DNA of 32,000 nt from Halomicronema hongdechloris C2206 (GCF_002075285.3 NZ_CP021983.2:3210001-3242000), one strand, 5' to 3'. Positions 17,231-26,775 are shown, counted from the stretch's first letter. The notes: a model not told the origin generated them from the sequence alone. Numbers and translations are program-made.

Positions 17231-18406
17231 TCATCTCAATGACGACAACATACGCACATGCTCATAGATCTGTATGAGTTGCTGATGATTTAGGTCTGCA
17301 GTATAGCAGGATTCAAATTCGGCTCTAGCAGACCGACGCATTTCCTCTAAGCGCTTAGGTTGTGCTAAGAGGTAATCCACTTTATCTGCTAGATCTACGG
17401 CATTGCCAGGGCAGAACCGTAGGCCAGTTCGCTCATTTTCTACTAATTCAGCAATTGCACCAAGATCTGCAGCTAGGACCGGCGTTCCCTTCGCAAAGGC
17501 TTCGACGGCCACCCGACCAAAGGTCTCATACCATTTGGATGGAAAAACGAGAAATTGAGCTTCTCCCATGAGATTGTGAACTTCGGCCATAGGACGTCGC
17601 CCTAGCCACTCTATATTGGGAAGTCTAGTAGTCACTTCTGCAACTTGGTCAGCTAGAGGCCCATCTCCTACGATCTTGAGCGGAACTGGTGATCTGAGAA
17701 GTTTCCAAGCACTCAACAGCGTGTCTAATCCTTTTTCTACAGATAACCTACCAACATAGAGGGCATATTCTCCTTGGCCCGATCCGAGACCTGGATCAGG
17801 ATGAACAAAATTTGGCTTGACAACTATCTTCTCTGGTGGCAGTCCACCTTCAATAAATTTCTTACGAGCAAATTGAGTCAAGGTAATGAATAGGTCCACC
17901 TGATTCTGCCAGGTATTTAGAGTAGTATGGATGACTGACATCGCTGCTGTAGCTGCTGTAGCCGCCCGATCATTCCGGTAACATCCATGTAAGATGCCGG
18001 GATAAGGGATTGGTTTACCTAAACAGTCTTCACAGACTTTTCCTTGGCGAAAGAAGAGTGCATTAGGGCACAGTAACCGATAATTTCGAAGAGTTTGGAC
18101 AACTGGAACTTTGTTAGCTTGAGCGGCGTAGTAGACAGATGGGGATATCAGTGGAAAGAAATTTTGAACATGGACAACGTCATGACTTGTATGTTCTAAC
18201 AGTTCACAAATGTCGTTATAAGTCGTTTGAGACCAGATCGTTCTTCCTGCTAGTCGAATGGGGTTAAGATGGGCGATGTCATGATTGGACTTCTCATAGA
18301 GACTGACTGTATGACCTTTCTCGCTAAGTAAGTGATTCTCCGCTGCGGATGATTCATCTTCACCACCCCGAACTTTATATTTATTATGGACACTTAAGAT
18401 CTTCAT
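17231..18406 (-). CDS. Glycosyltransferase family 4 (GT-B, retaining)
   Basis: 391 aa. The N-terminus MKILSVHNKYKVRGGED and the EX7E-type segment FPSKWYETFGRVAVEAFAKGTPVLA are typical of GT4 enzymes. Confidence 0.85.
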   Translation of the reverse strand: MKILSVHNKYKVRGGEDESSAAENHLLSEKGHTVSLYEKSNHDIAHLNPIRLAGRTIWSQTTYNDICELLEHTSHDVVHVQNFFPLISPSVYYAAQANKVPVVQTLRNYRLLCPNALFFRQGKVCEDCLGKPIPYPGILHGCYRNDRAATAATAAMSVIHTTLNTWQNQVDLFITLTQFARKKFIEGGLPPEKIVVKPNFVHPDPGLGSGQGEYALYVGRLSVEKGLDTLLSAWKLLRSPVPLKIVGDGPLADQVAEVTTRLPNIEWLGRRPMAEVHNLMGEAQFLVFPSKWYETFGRVAVEAFAKGTPVLAADLGAIAELVENERTGLRFCPGNAVDLADKVDYLLAQPKRLEEMRRSARAEFESCYTADLNHQQLIQIYEHVRMLSSLR

Positions 18407-18862
18407 GTCTATAACCGATAGTGACTCCCTAACTTACTTGAGTCAGAGCCCAATTTATTCGGCGCTGATCACCCTGATCTATATTCAGCATTTATACTCC
18501 GCATTCCATGATTTCATTAAGGGAGACTTTCCATAATTTTAAGATTTATAATATTAGTAATTATGGACAGTTTATAGTTCAATTTAGCTGCTATTTTCCG
18601 TGAGATAAGTTATTTTTTTGTGAATTTCAATATTCCTCTTTTCCTTGCTAAGGAGGTTCTCGGATTCGGATTAGGAGCCTGTTATCTAGAGAAGCTTACG
18701 TAAAAAGTATTAGTCAAGGTCTGGGAGATGGATTTATGAAATCTTTGTTAGAGAACACTCCTCAGCCTTAGTCGAGAGCTCAACTAGCTGATCCAGACTG
18801 TCGATGCGCTATATCTGAAGCTCCTTTCGGTACATACCATCTAGTGCCCCAAGCCTTAGTGC

Positions 18863-18885
18863 ACGGCTTACATAACGGCTTACAT
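18863..18885. repeat. Direct repeat ACGGCTTACAT x2 (period 12)
   Basis: Copies at 18863-18873 and 18875-18885 are identical. Confidence 0.9.
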
Positions 18886-19208
18886 CAGATAATGCACAAC
18901 GATTCACTCTCGGAGAGTTCTATGCCAGAGCCACGATCTGAGTCAGAGCCCTCGTTTTGATATAGCCGAGGTAGTCCAGCCTTATGAAGCTCGGTAGATA
19001 ATTGTGGATAGGGCCGATTGACTCCGGTGATGGTAACTCCTCTTAGTAATGGTCCAACAATAGACTAAAAGTAATGCCCTCTTCCTGTAACCAAACATTA
19101 AGATTTCGATTAAATTGTAATCCAGCCTACATTTCGTAGTCTTTGATACAGAAAATTTTGCTATTCTTGTTAAATAACAGGTTTTTCATCCTTCTGGAGG
19201 ACACTGAC

Positions 19209-19406
19209 ATGTCTGCTACCGATCAAGCTCGTGCTTTAATGCTGCGTCATCATCATCTGATTAAGAATCGGCAGCAGTCGATGCTAAGCCGCACCAATGA
19301 GGAAATTGGTATGCCTGGTGAAACTGAGTATTGGGGACACATTCAGGGTAAGCCTAGTTCCAGTGCTAGCCGTGACTATGCTCGCAGTGGTTCAGCCCTC
19401 AGCTAA
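19209..19406 (+). CDS. Small hydrophilic hypothetical protein (65 aa, His-rich N-terminal helix)
   Basis: ATG 19209 is preceded by CTGGAGG (19194-19200). The sequence begins MSATDQARALMLRHHHLIKNRQQ. A good intrinsic terminator follows. The ORF-track TTG at 19143 looks like an artefactual extension. Confidence 0.55.
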   Translation: MSATDQARALMLRHHHLIKNRQQSMLSRTNEEIGMPGETEYWGHIQGKPSSSASRDYARSGSALS

Positions 19407-19464
19407 GGCAGGAATCGAATAGCAGCTAGGGTGTGGGCACCAAATTAGATCATCGATGACCGGC

Positions 19465-19499
19465 CGTCCTCGTTAACCAAACGAGGGCGTTTTGTTGTT
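19465..19499 (+). terminator. Intrinsic terminator after the 65-aa ORF
   Basis: CGTCCTCGTT (19465-19474) pairs with AACGAGGGCG (19480-19489): 10 bp with one wobble and loop AACCA. It is followed by TTTTGTTGTT. Confidence 0.7.
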
Positions 19500-19722
19500 A
19501 GTCTACAATGCCCTAGTACGCCAAGGCAGAAGTAGGAAGGCAGCTGGCCGTGAGCATTAGTCGTGGCGAAGCCGATCGGCTGAGCTTAGGCCGAGGCCTA
19601 CCTGAAGGGCATAGGAAAGGCAAGAGGGGAAATCCTGAGTAAATACCGTCTTTCCACTCTAGTTAATAGAGGCATTATTTCTGCTGCAGGATACTAGACA
19701 ACTCCCTTGAGAACTTAAGCCT

Positions 19723-20547
19723 ATGAGTAGTCAGTCCCAAATTCCAGTTGTCGTGAATGGAGCTTGCGGCAAAATGGGCCGTGAGGTGGTTAAAGTCGTT
19801 GCCCAAGCCGAAGATATGACATTAGTCGGGGCGATTGATAAGGATCCAGCCAGCCTAGGGCAAGACATTGGTGACGTCTTAGGCTGTGGTCTCCTGGAGG
19901 TACCGGTCACTAATGATTTGGAGGCGACGTTGGTCATGGCCCAAGGGCAAGGACTCTCGGTCATGGTAGATTTTACCCACCCCGATACGGTGTATGAGTC
20001 GGTACGAGCTGCGATCGCATATGGAGTTCGCCCTGTCGTGGGGACCACTGGCCTCAGTGCTGACCAGATTCAGGAACTGGCTGAGTTTGCTGAGAAAGCC
20101 AGCATCGGCTGCCTGATTATCCCTAACTTTTCCATCGGTATGGTGCTACTGCAGCAAGCCACCCTGCAAGCCGCCCAGTATTTCGACCATGTCGAGATCA
20201 TCGAATTACACCACAACCAAAAGGCTGATGCCCCCAGTGGTACGGCGATCCAAACGGCCCAGATGCTCTCAGAACTCCATAAGCCCTTCAATCCCCCTGA
20301 AGTAGACGAAACCGAGAAGCTACCCGGTGCCAGGGGCAGCACCCTGGCAGATGGTGTTCATATACACAGTGTTCGGCTACCCGGACTCATTGCTCACCAG
20401 GAAGTGATCTTCGGTGCACCGGGGCAGCTCTACACCCTACGTCATGACACCTCTGACCGCTCTAGTTTTATGCCAGGAGTATTATTAGCCATTCGTCGGA
20501 TTTTACCGCTGAAGTCTCTTATCTACGGCCTCGACAAAATACTCTAG
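19723..20547 (+). CDS. dapB: 4-hydroxy-tetrahydrodipicolinate reductase
   Basis: N-terminal [14 protein letters not shown] (NAD(P)-binding) and [15 protein letters not shown], the DapB signature. 274 aa. Confidence 0.93.
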   Translation: MSSQSQIPVVVNGACGKMGREVVKVVAQAEDMTLVGAIDKDPASLGQDIGDVLGCGLLEVPVTNDLEATLVMAQGQGLSVMVDFTHPDTVYESVRAAIAYGVRPVVGTTGLSADQIQELAEFAEKASIGCLIIPNFSIGMVLLQQATLQAAQYFDHVEIIELHHNQKADAPSGTAIQTAQMLSELHKPFNPPEVDETEKLPGARGSTLADGVHIHSVRLPGLIAHQEVIFGAPGQLYTLRHDTSDRSSFMPGVLLAIRRILPLKSLIYGLDKIL

Positions 20548-21017
20548 GCCTAATCCATTGGAAATATCGGCTCTACGGCGGTTTTGAATCCAGTGAGGCG
20601 CATGGCTGACCACAATACCCTTGATTTTAGGAGATAGGCTGTGCCTCACCCAGAAAGAAAATGCTGTACAAGCCATAAAAAAATTGCCTAATCCCCATAA
20701 TGCCCCCAAGGGATCAGGCAATTCACCTGTAAGGACGCTTTCCACTGCAGAACTGCAACAACGTCTCTCAATCAATAGCCCCCATGAGATGAAGTTGATT
20801 TGCTCTACAGGCGTTCTCCAGAATTAAATCCATTGTCGTCTGCCCACAGGGCTATGCCCTCACAGAAAGTACTGATTTTCTGACTAAGATGCTCTGAAGA
20901 CAGCCTAAGTAATTCCGTACTTTCACCATTGTCAATGATGGCATGGTCGCCAGGAGCCGGCAATGATAGGCTCTAAGAATCGATGGGGTTTCACCCTGCC
21001 ATCGCCCTTATTGTCCT

Positions 21018-21707
21018 ATGCTCGTACCTCTAACTCGCGAAACCTTTGACAATCTGATTCCCAAGATTGCTACCGTCGATCAGTATCGTTACTGCTGGGG
21101 GAAACCATCCGATCTACTTAGACGCATCTTGATTTCGGTGGTGGGTCTCATTACCATCTTTATCCTGCGGCTATTCTTCGGCGAAGCCTTTGAATCTCTA
21201 GCGTTTATCCTAGCCACGATTTTGGGGCTCTATTGGCTTTGGAGCCCGGTCTATTGGGCTAGTCAGCGCAATCGTGAGGGACGCCGTAATTCCTATAGCG
21301 GGTATTGGCGCGGCCGGGTCCTAGATGCCTTCGTCACTGATGAGATCATCGGTACCGAAGAAACGGTCAACAGCCGGGGGGAACTAGTGATTGTCGAAAA
21401 CCGAGAACGCCGCCTTAACCTAGAGGTGGGCGACAAGACGGGATTTACCACCCACACCCAAGTACCGTTGAAGCGAGACCATCGCCTGATTAGGCCCGGG
21501 GACCGGGCAGAGATGGTGGTCATGTCTAACCGGCCCGATCTCAGTCGCATTACCATGATTTCGGACATTTACATCTCAGATCACAAACTCTGGATCAGCG
21601 ACTATCCTTATCTGCGCAAGGATGCCTTCTTGGACATCAGTCGACGCGTTGAGCGGCAACGGCGCCAGAGAACTGCACCGCCGCCATCGGAGCCCGTCTG
21701 GGAATGA
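21018..21707 (+). CDS. Conserved-looking hypothetical membrane protein (two TM helices, soluble C-terminal domain, basic tail)
   Basis: 229-aa ORF with ATG start. TM segments are ILISVVGLITIFILRLFF and LAFILATILGLYWLWSPVYW. No enzymatic motif recognised. Confidence 0.65.
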   Translation: MLVPLTRETFDNLIPKIATVDQYRYCWGKPSDLLRRILISVVGLITIFILRLFFGEAFESLAFILATILGLYWLWSPVYWASQRNREGRRNSYSGYWRGRVLDAFVTDEIIGTEETVNSRGELVIVENRERRLNLEVGDKTGFTTHTQVPLKRDHRLIRPGDRAEMVVMSNRPDLSRITMISDIYISDHKLWISDYPYLRKDAFLDISRRVERQRRQRTAPPPSEPVWE

Positions 21708-21713
21708 GGCGAG

Positions 21714-23519
21714 TTAGGGCAGATTCATTTTAGGGATATGGACCGGGTCAGCGAGGGAGTTGAGGAGCTGGTGGCGCTGCTGTGCATTCAGTTTGCGGTC
21801 AGTGACGACTTCCAGCAGCCGTACTCCGGCAGTAGGCAATTGACTTAGTCGCTCCGTTAGGGTAGGCCAGTCTGTCACCTGCTCGTAGGTTACCCCATAG
21901 GCACGACACAGATGTTGCCAGTTAACCTGCTGGGGTGTGGCGAAATAGGCCTCAAATGGGGGGTTAAATTGGGCAATAGGCAGCATCTCGAAGATGCCGC
22001 CTCCCCGATTATTCACGACTAGCACGGTCAGGTGTCCTTGCAAGTGAGCTTGGCTGAGTAAGCCATTGGTGTCATGTAGGAGAGCCAGATCCCCTGTCAG
22101 TAGTAGACTGGGGCGATGGCAGTGAGCAAGGCCCAAAGCCGTAGAGAGGGTACCATCGATACCGTTGGCCCCCCGGTTAACGTAGGGGTGCAGGTGGCGA
22201 TTATTGGCTGGCCAAAACCACTCGACATCTCGCACTGGCATGCTATTGGCAATCATCACCGGCGTTTCTTCCGGTAACGTTTGAGGTAGTAGCCAGGTGA
22301 GTTTACCCTCAAACAATCCCTGCTGATCATCCCAGACAGCAAGCGCTTCATCTCGACGTCGAGCCGTATGGATTTCTAGATGTTGCCATTGGCGTAGATA
22401 GGGACTACTGGGAGCAGGTGGTACCCCAGCTAGATAGGCAGCGAGAGTCGCCAGGGACCAGGGTAGGGCTGTGGTAGCACCATGTAACGGATCGAGATTG
22501 CGGTCGTGCCCCCGGCCGTGAATTATCCAGCGTTGGGCCTTGAGATGCTGCAACCACTGTCGCAGCACCTTACTGGTTGGCAACGGGCCAATCTGAATCA
22601 CCTGGTCAGGGATAAGGTTGGTGGCCCAGGGGGGGTGTCGCAGAATGGCGTCGTAGGTGGTGACAAGATGGGGATTCAGATGGTGGTGATAGTTGCGTAG
22701 GGGCGATAGTCCATCTGCCAGCACTGGCCATCCCAGGCCTAGGGCCAGTCGGGCAATGCTGAGGCAATAGTTTTCAGGATTGCTGGAGTGGGTGGGGCCT
22801 ACGATGATCAAGCCTTGGGATTGTTGTCGTTGATGACGTATCCAGGTGCTGACATCCTCAGATACGGCAGCTCCAGGCTCCCAGGTGGCTAGCATTGGCA
22901 ATCTGGGGATAGACAGATGAGCAAAGAATGAGGCGTCGAGGGTTATATCTGCCGTTGAGCCGTCTTCGATAGGAGCCAAGGGATCGCGAAAGGGACAGTT
23001 GAGATGAACCGGCCCAGCCGCTGGCAGTAGGGTCCGACGCCAGGCATGGCTAATGGTTTGGCGCAGGTAGCGCAGCATGGCCATATTTGCCATGGGGGTG
23101 GCCATTTCTCCGTAGTAATTGGGGAAATGGCCAAATAACTTTTGTTGATCGATAGTTTGGCCAGAGGCGCAATCGCGTAGCTCTGGCGGTCGATCAGCAG
23201 TGAGCAACAGCAGTGGTACCTGGCTTTCGTGGGCTTCGATGACGGCTGGGTAATAATTGGCGGCGGCGGTGCCTGAGGTGCACACGAGTAAGCTGGGCCA
23301 ACCACTGCGCTTGGCTATTCCTAGGGCAAAGAAGGCAGCAGAGCGCTCATCTAGGATAGACAACACGTCGATCTCTCTGTAATTGGTGAGGGCTACAGTT
23401 AGGGGCGTACAACGGGAGCCAGGAGATACTATGGCCTGGCGCAGACCTAACTGGGCCAGGGTTTCCACCAGCACCGATGCCCATAGGGTATTGGTGTTAC
23501 GGTAATCTATCGCCATCAT
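21714..23519 (-). CDS. menD: 2-succinyl-5-enolpyruvyl-6-hydroxy-3-cyclohexene-1-carboxylate (SEPHCHC) synthase
   Basis: N-terminal NTLWASVLVETLAQLG...SPGSRCTPL and the ThDP-binding region GDLALLHDTNGL...VVNNRGGGIFE. 601 aa. It lies directly downstream of menF. Confidence 0.9.
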   Translation of the reverse strand: MMAIDYRNTNTLWASVLVETLAQLGLRQAIVSPGSRCTPLTVALTNYREIDVLSILDERSAAFFALGIAKRSGWPSLLVCTSGTAAANYYPAVIEAHESQVPLLLLTADRPPELRDCASGQTIDQQKLFGHFPNYYGEMATPMANMAMLRYLRQTISHAWRRTLLPAAGPVHLNCPFRDPLAPIEDGSTADITLDASFFAHLSIPRLPMLATWEPGAAVSEDVSTWIRHQRQQSQGLIIVGPTHSSNPENYCLSIARLALGLGWPVLADGLSPLRNYHHHLNPHLVTTYDAILRHPPWATNLIPDQVIQIGPLPTSKVLRQWLQHLKAQRWIIHGRGHDRNLDPLHGATTALPWSLATLAAYLAGVPPAPSSPYLRQWQHLEIHTARRRDEALAVWDDQQGLFEGKLTWLLPQTLPEETPVMIANSMPVRDVEWFWPANNRHLHPYVNRGANGIDGTLSTALGLAHCHRPSLLLTGDLALLHDTNGLLSQAHLQGHLTVLVVNNRGGGIFEMLPIAQFNPPFEAYFATPQQVNWQHLCRAYGVTYEQVTDWPTLTERLSQLPTAGVRLLEVVTDRKLNAQQRHQLLNSLADPVHIPKMNLP

Positions 23520-23562
23520 GGAATGGTTAAACCTGGTCTGAGCAAGGGGGTCAAGGGTTGAT

Positions 23563-24975
23563 TCAGACCAGTGCCTCCATCAAGGCCCGCAGCTTCAGGC
23601 GAATTTCATCCAGTTCTCGCTCTGGATCTGATCCGGCTACAATGCCGGCCCCGGCGTAGAGGCGGGCACGATTAGCTTGAATCAAGGCGGAGCGAATCCC
23701 CACAATAAATTCGCTGTTACCCTGGTGGTCAATCCAGCCAATAGGGGCAGCGTAGAGGGCTCGATCAAACTGCTCGAAGCGGCGAATCTGCTGACAGGCT
23801 TGATCAGTTGGCACTCCGGCTACTGCTGGGGTAGGATGTAGCGCCTTAACTAGGTGCAAGGGATGGGTGTGGAGAGGTACGGTGGCTCGAATGGGGGTGT
23901 GGAGATGTTGAATATTCGAGAGCTGCAATAGTCCTGGTCGGGTACGGTAGCTAGGACGCAGTCCCAGTTCCGTCAATCGCCGTACCAGGAAATCAACCAC
24001 AAACTGATGCTCGTCTTGCTCTTTGACACTCGTTAACAACTGTCGAGCCAGTAGGGCATCTGTTTCGGCAGTATCGCCCCGGGGTGAAGACCCTGCTAAA
24101 GCATCGGTGATGAGCCGCCGTTGGCGAATGCTGAGCAATCGCTCTGGACTAGCACCAATGAAGCTAACGCCGTGGCCATTGCCGACGGAAAACACATAGC
24201 AGTCAGGGTGTTGTTGCCGTAATCGTTCTAGCAGTTGAGCTCGGTTAAAGGGCTGGGACGCTAATACATCTAGAGCATGGGCCAGCACAATTTTGCGCAA
24301 CCGATTGTGGCAGATGCGCTGCAGGGCACGGTGGACAGCCTGGGTAAAGACCTGGGTAGCTAAAGCAGGCTGAATTAGCGACGGGGCGGGCGGATAGGCA
24401 GATAGGGGAGACTCAGCCAGGGACTCAATCCGTCGCAACTGCTGCAGGATATCTGGTAGCAGGGCTTCTAAATCGGAAAGGGGGGTTAGGAGTAGGTTGG
24501 CGATGAGGGTACTGGTTTGTCGGCATTGGGTGATTTGCCAGCGGGGTAGAAAGACGCTAGCGGCTGGGAATGGGGAGTCTGAATGAGTGGGGGTGTCGAA
24601 GAAGGCGAAGCTGCAGAAAAATTGAATCCCTGGAGAATACTCGGCTAGCTCGTCGTAGCAACTGATCTGATGACACCAGGTTTCAATGAAGTTATGAACC
24701 CGATCGAAGCGACTTGGTCCTATGGCCGATGCCTCGATTAGGCTACCTAGAGCCACGGTGGCCTGATGTTGGGAAGTATTTTCTAGGTAAAGGTGCCGCT
24801 CATAGGGAGAGGACTGATGTAGCAGCCTAAGCGGATCAATTGAGGGAATCGGAAGGCTGAGGCTGACTACATGAGGGCGGTTGGTGCAAATGGCCTGCTG
24901 ATAGCCCTGAGTCAGGGCGGCATGAATGGCAGAACGATGTTGCTGAATAACCGTGCGGTAGGGGACGACTGGCAT
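23563..24975 (-). CDS. menF: Isochorismate synthase
   Basis: Chorismate-binding motifs GASPERLL, PTPAVAG, YAAPIGW and AGAGIVAGSDPERE. 470 aa. Adjacent to menD. Confidence 0.88.
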   Translation of the reverse strand: MPVVPYRTVIQQHRSAIHAALTQGYQQAICTNRPHVVSLSLPIPSIDPLRLLHQSSPYERHLYLENTSQHQATVALGSLIEASAIGPSRFDRVHNFIETWCHQISCYDELAEYSPGIQFFCSFAFFDTPTHSDSPFPAASVFLPRWQITQCRQTSTLIANLLLTPLSDLEALLPDILQQLRRIESLAESPLSAYPPAPSLIQPALATQVFTQAVHRALQRICHNRLRKIVLAHALDVLASQPFNRAQLLERLRQQHPDCYVFSVGNGHGVSFIGASPERLLSIRQRRLITDALAGSSPRGDTAETDALLARQLLTSVKEQDEHQFVVDFLVRRLTELGLRPSYRTRPGLLQLSNIQHLHTPIRATVPLHTHPLHLVKALHPTPAVAGVPTDQACQQIRRFEQFDRALYAAPIGWIDHQGNSEFIVGIRSALIQANRARLYAGAGIVAGSDPERELDEIRLKLRALMEALV

Positions 24976-25056
24976 GGAATCAGTAGTTTATTAAACCCAT
25001 GTTTCACAGCGTAACTGAGAAATGTCCTACCACTGGGCTTCATGGTTAACCCTGAC

Positions 25057-26775
25057 TTAATAGTGGCGACCCGATTTACGCTGGTGAACAGCAGTTTTAG
25101 CCTCCGGGTCTAACACCTGTCCAGCCGTTGCGATCGCATACACCACCCAGTGGTCTCCACATTCCATGCGCTTCTCCACCCGACACTCTAAGCAGGCAAT
25201 GGCATCTTGCAGTACGGGAGCCCCGTTGGCAGCCGGTTTCGTATCAATGCCGGCGAAACGGTCCTCGCCGGGGCCAAAGGGCTTGAGAAAGTGTTTCATG
25301 GGGCCAATATGTTTGCCCTCAGCCAAGAGATTAAGGACAAAGGCATTACCGGGATACAGCAGGGACTCGATGGCCCGATCCTTGGCCACGGCTATCGTGA
25401 AGCCAGGAGGGTTAAAGGTGGCCTGGGCTACCCAGGAGGCTAACATGGCACTGGCCACCTCCCCCTGATAGGCTGTAACCACAGAGAGAGAACCCACTAG
25501 CCGTCCCACTGCTTGTTCCACAGAAGATGCGGGGGTGCGAGGTTGCTTGGCTCGTTTAGTTTTCTTCAGAGACTGGGCGAAGTCGGTACCTACCTCTTCG
25601 CAGTATTTGAGAGTGACATCGGTGGGTTTGAATTTAACTCGCAGCGGCTCGAAAGCCAGGGTATAGCCGGCATCCTTCAGTTTGGCCTCTAAGAGATCGA
25701 TGGCCTCGCCACTCCAGCCAAAGGAGCCAAAGACGCCAGCGGGTTGGGTTTTCGAGGCCGTCGATAAAACGATGCCTAAGGCTGTCTGAATCTGGGTGGG
25801 GGCATGGCCACCTAAGGTAGGAGACCCGATCAAAAAGCCAGCGGATTTCTCTACGGCGGTGCGAATCTCCTCGGGATCAGCCTGTTCGGCGTTAATGGCC
25901 TCTACTGCCATCTCCGCTTTGGTAATGCCCCGGGCCAGAGCTTGAGCCATGGTGGCGGTATTGCCGTAGGCCGAGGCATAAATTAAGGCCACCGAGTATT
26001 CCTGCCCCTTCTGGGCCACGCTCCACTGGCGATAACTCTGAAATAGCTCCCGGGCACCATAGAGCACGATAGGACCGTGGCCAGGGGCCATGACTCGCAG
26101 GGGAAAGGCTTCTAGCCGGTCGAGCACGGTCATGACCTGGCGGGCACTAGGGGCCATCAGACAGTCGAAATAGTAGCGCCGGTCCTCCAGTAGTTCGTCC
26201 CAGCCCAGATCATAGACGTCGTCACCACACAAATGGGCGCCAAAAAACTTATCGGTATAGAGCACCTGGGTATAGGTGTCGTAGGTGGCCAGTCCCCCTG
26301 GCCAGCGGGGGGTAGGAATCGGTATAAACTGCAGCCGATGGCCCTGGCCCAGATCCAGTTCGTCATCGCCGCTGCGAATCACTCGCACTCGAGGAGAGGC
26401 ATCGGGCAGCAAATCCTTCAGGGCTAAAGCCGCCGGGTTAGAGCAGACCACAGTGACATCGGGCAGCCGCTGCAGCAATATCTTCAGGGTAGCGGCCCGG
26501 TTGGGATTGATGTGGCCCAACACAATGTAGGTGATCTGATAGAGATCGATATGGCGGGTGAGTTCCGTCAGAAACCTATCGAGGAAAGATTCCCCCGGCG
26601 GGTCAATCAGGGCCGTCTTGTCGGCACTGATCACATAACTGTTGGCTGTGGTACCGCGCTCGAGGGCATATTCAATCTCGAAGCGTAGCCGATTCCAACT
26701 GCGCGATCGCATCGCCATGGTCTGGGCAGCGATGGGAAATACCTGGACATCTCTAGGTGAATGGGTGGTAGTCAT
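25057..26775 (-). CDS. flv1: Class C flavodiiron protein, FlvA-type (non-canonical diiron site); probably Flv1
   Basis: It has metallo-beta-lactamase-like, flavodoxin-like (ALIYASAYGNT) and C-terminal flavin-reductase-like domains. The position of the H-x-E-x-D-H ligand motif reads GHINPNR. Start taken as ATG 26775 (MTTTHSPRDVQ). The longer ORF-track start at 26952 would overlap the upstream flv gene. The Flv1 versus Flv2 choice is inferred from context only. Confidence 0.85.
   Translation of the reverse strand: MTTTHSPRDVQVFPIAAQTMAMRSRSWNRLRFEIEYALERGTTANSYVISADKTALIDPPGESFLDRFLTELTRHIDLYQITYIVLGHINPNRAATLKILLQRLPDVTVVCSNPAALALKDLLPDASPRVRVIRSGDDELDLGQGHRLQFIPIPTPRWPGGLATYDTYTQVLYTDKFFGAHLCGDDVYDLGWDELLEDRRYYFDCLMAPSARQVMTVLDRLEAFPLRVMAPGHGPIVLYGARELFQSYRQWSVAQKGQEYSVALIYASAYGNTATMAQALARGITKAEMAVEAINAEQADPEEIRTAVEKSAGFLIGSPTLGGHAPTQIQTALGIVLSTASKTQPAGVFGSFGWSGEAIDLLEAKLKDAGYTLAFEPLRVKFKPTDVTLKYCEEVGTDFAQSLKKTKRAKQPRTPASSVEQAVGRLVGSLSVVTAYQGEVASAMLASWVAQATFNPPGFTIAVAKDRAIESLLYPGNAFVLNLLAEGKHIGPMKHFLKPFGPGEDRFAGIDTKPAANGAPVLQDAIACLECRVEKRMECGDHWVVYAIATAGQVLDPEAKTAVHQRKSGRHY

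Noticed and set aside
18761-18775. ACTCCTCAGCC, resembling the conserved single-stranded ACUCCUCACAC motif of the cyanobacterial sRNA Yfr1
   Set aside because: Only 9 of 11 positions match. The flanks do not form the two stem-loops that bracket the motif in Yfr1, including the terminal hairpin with a U-tail.
19143-19208. TTG-initiated 22-codon extension of the small ORF (MIQKILLFLLNNRFFILLEDTD...)
   Set aside because: The extension is translated from AT-rich promoter-like DNA. The internal ATG 19209 has a GGAGG-type SD at the proper distance.
19519-19550. CCAAGGCAGA and GGAAGGCAGC strings reminiscent of SRP (4.5S) RNA domain IV, which raised the idea of an ncRNA upstream of dapB
   Set aside because: The two strings are in the wrong order relative to 4.5S RNA. 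I could not fold the region into the conserved hairpin with symmetric and asymmetric loops. Only scattered 5-7 bp pairings were found.
20503-20827. ORF-track ORFs 20503-20775 (minus) and 20621-20827 (plus, TTG)
   Set aside because: The minus-strand ORF overlaps the dapB 3' end and is Trp/Cys-rich with no motif. The plus-strand ORF starts at TTG without an SD. They overlap each other, and neither is convincing as a gene.
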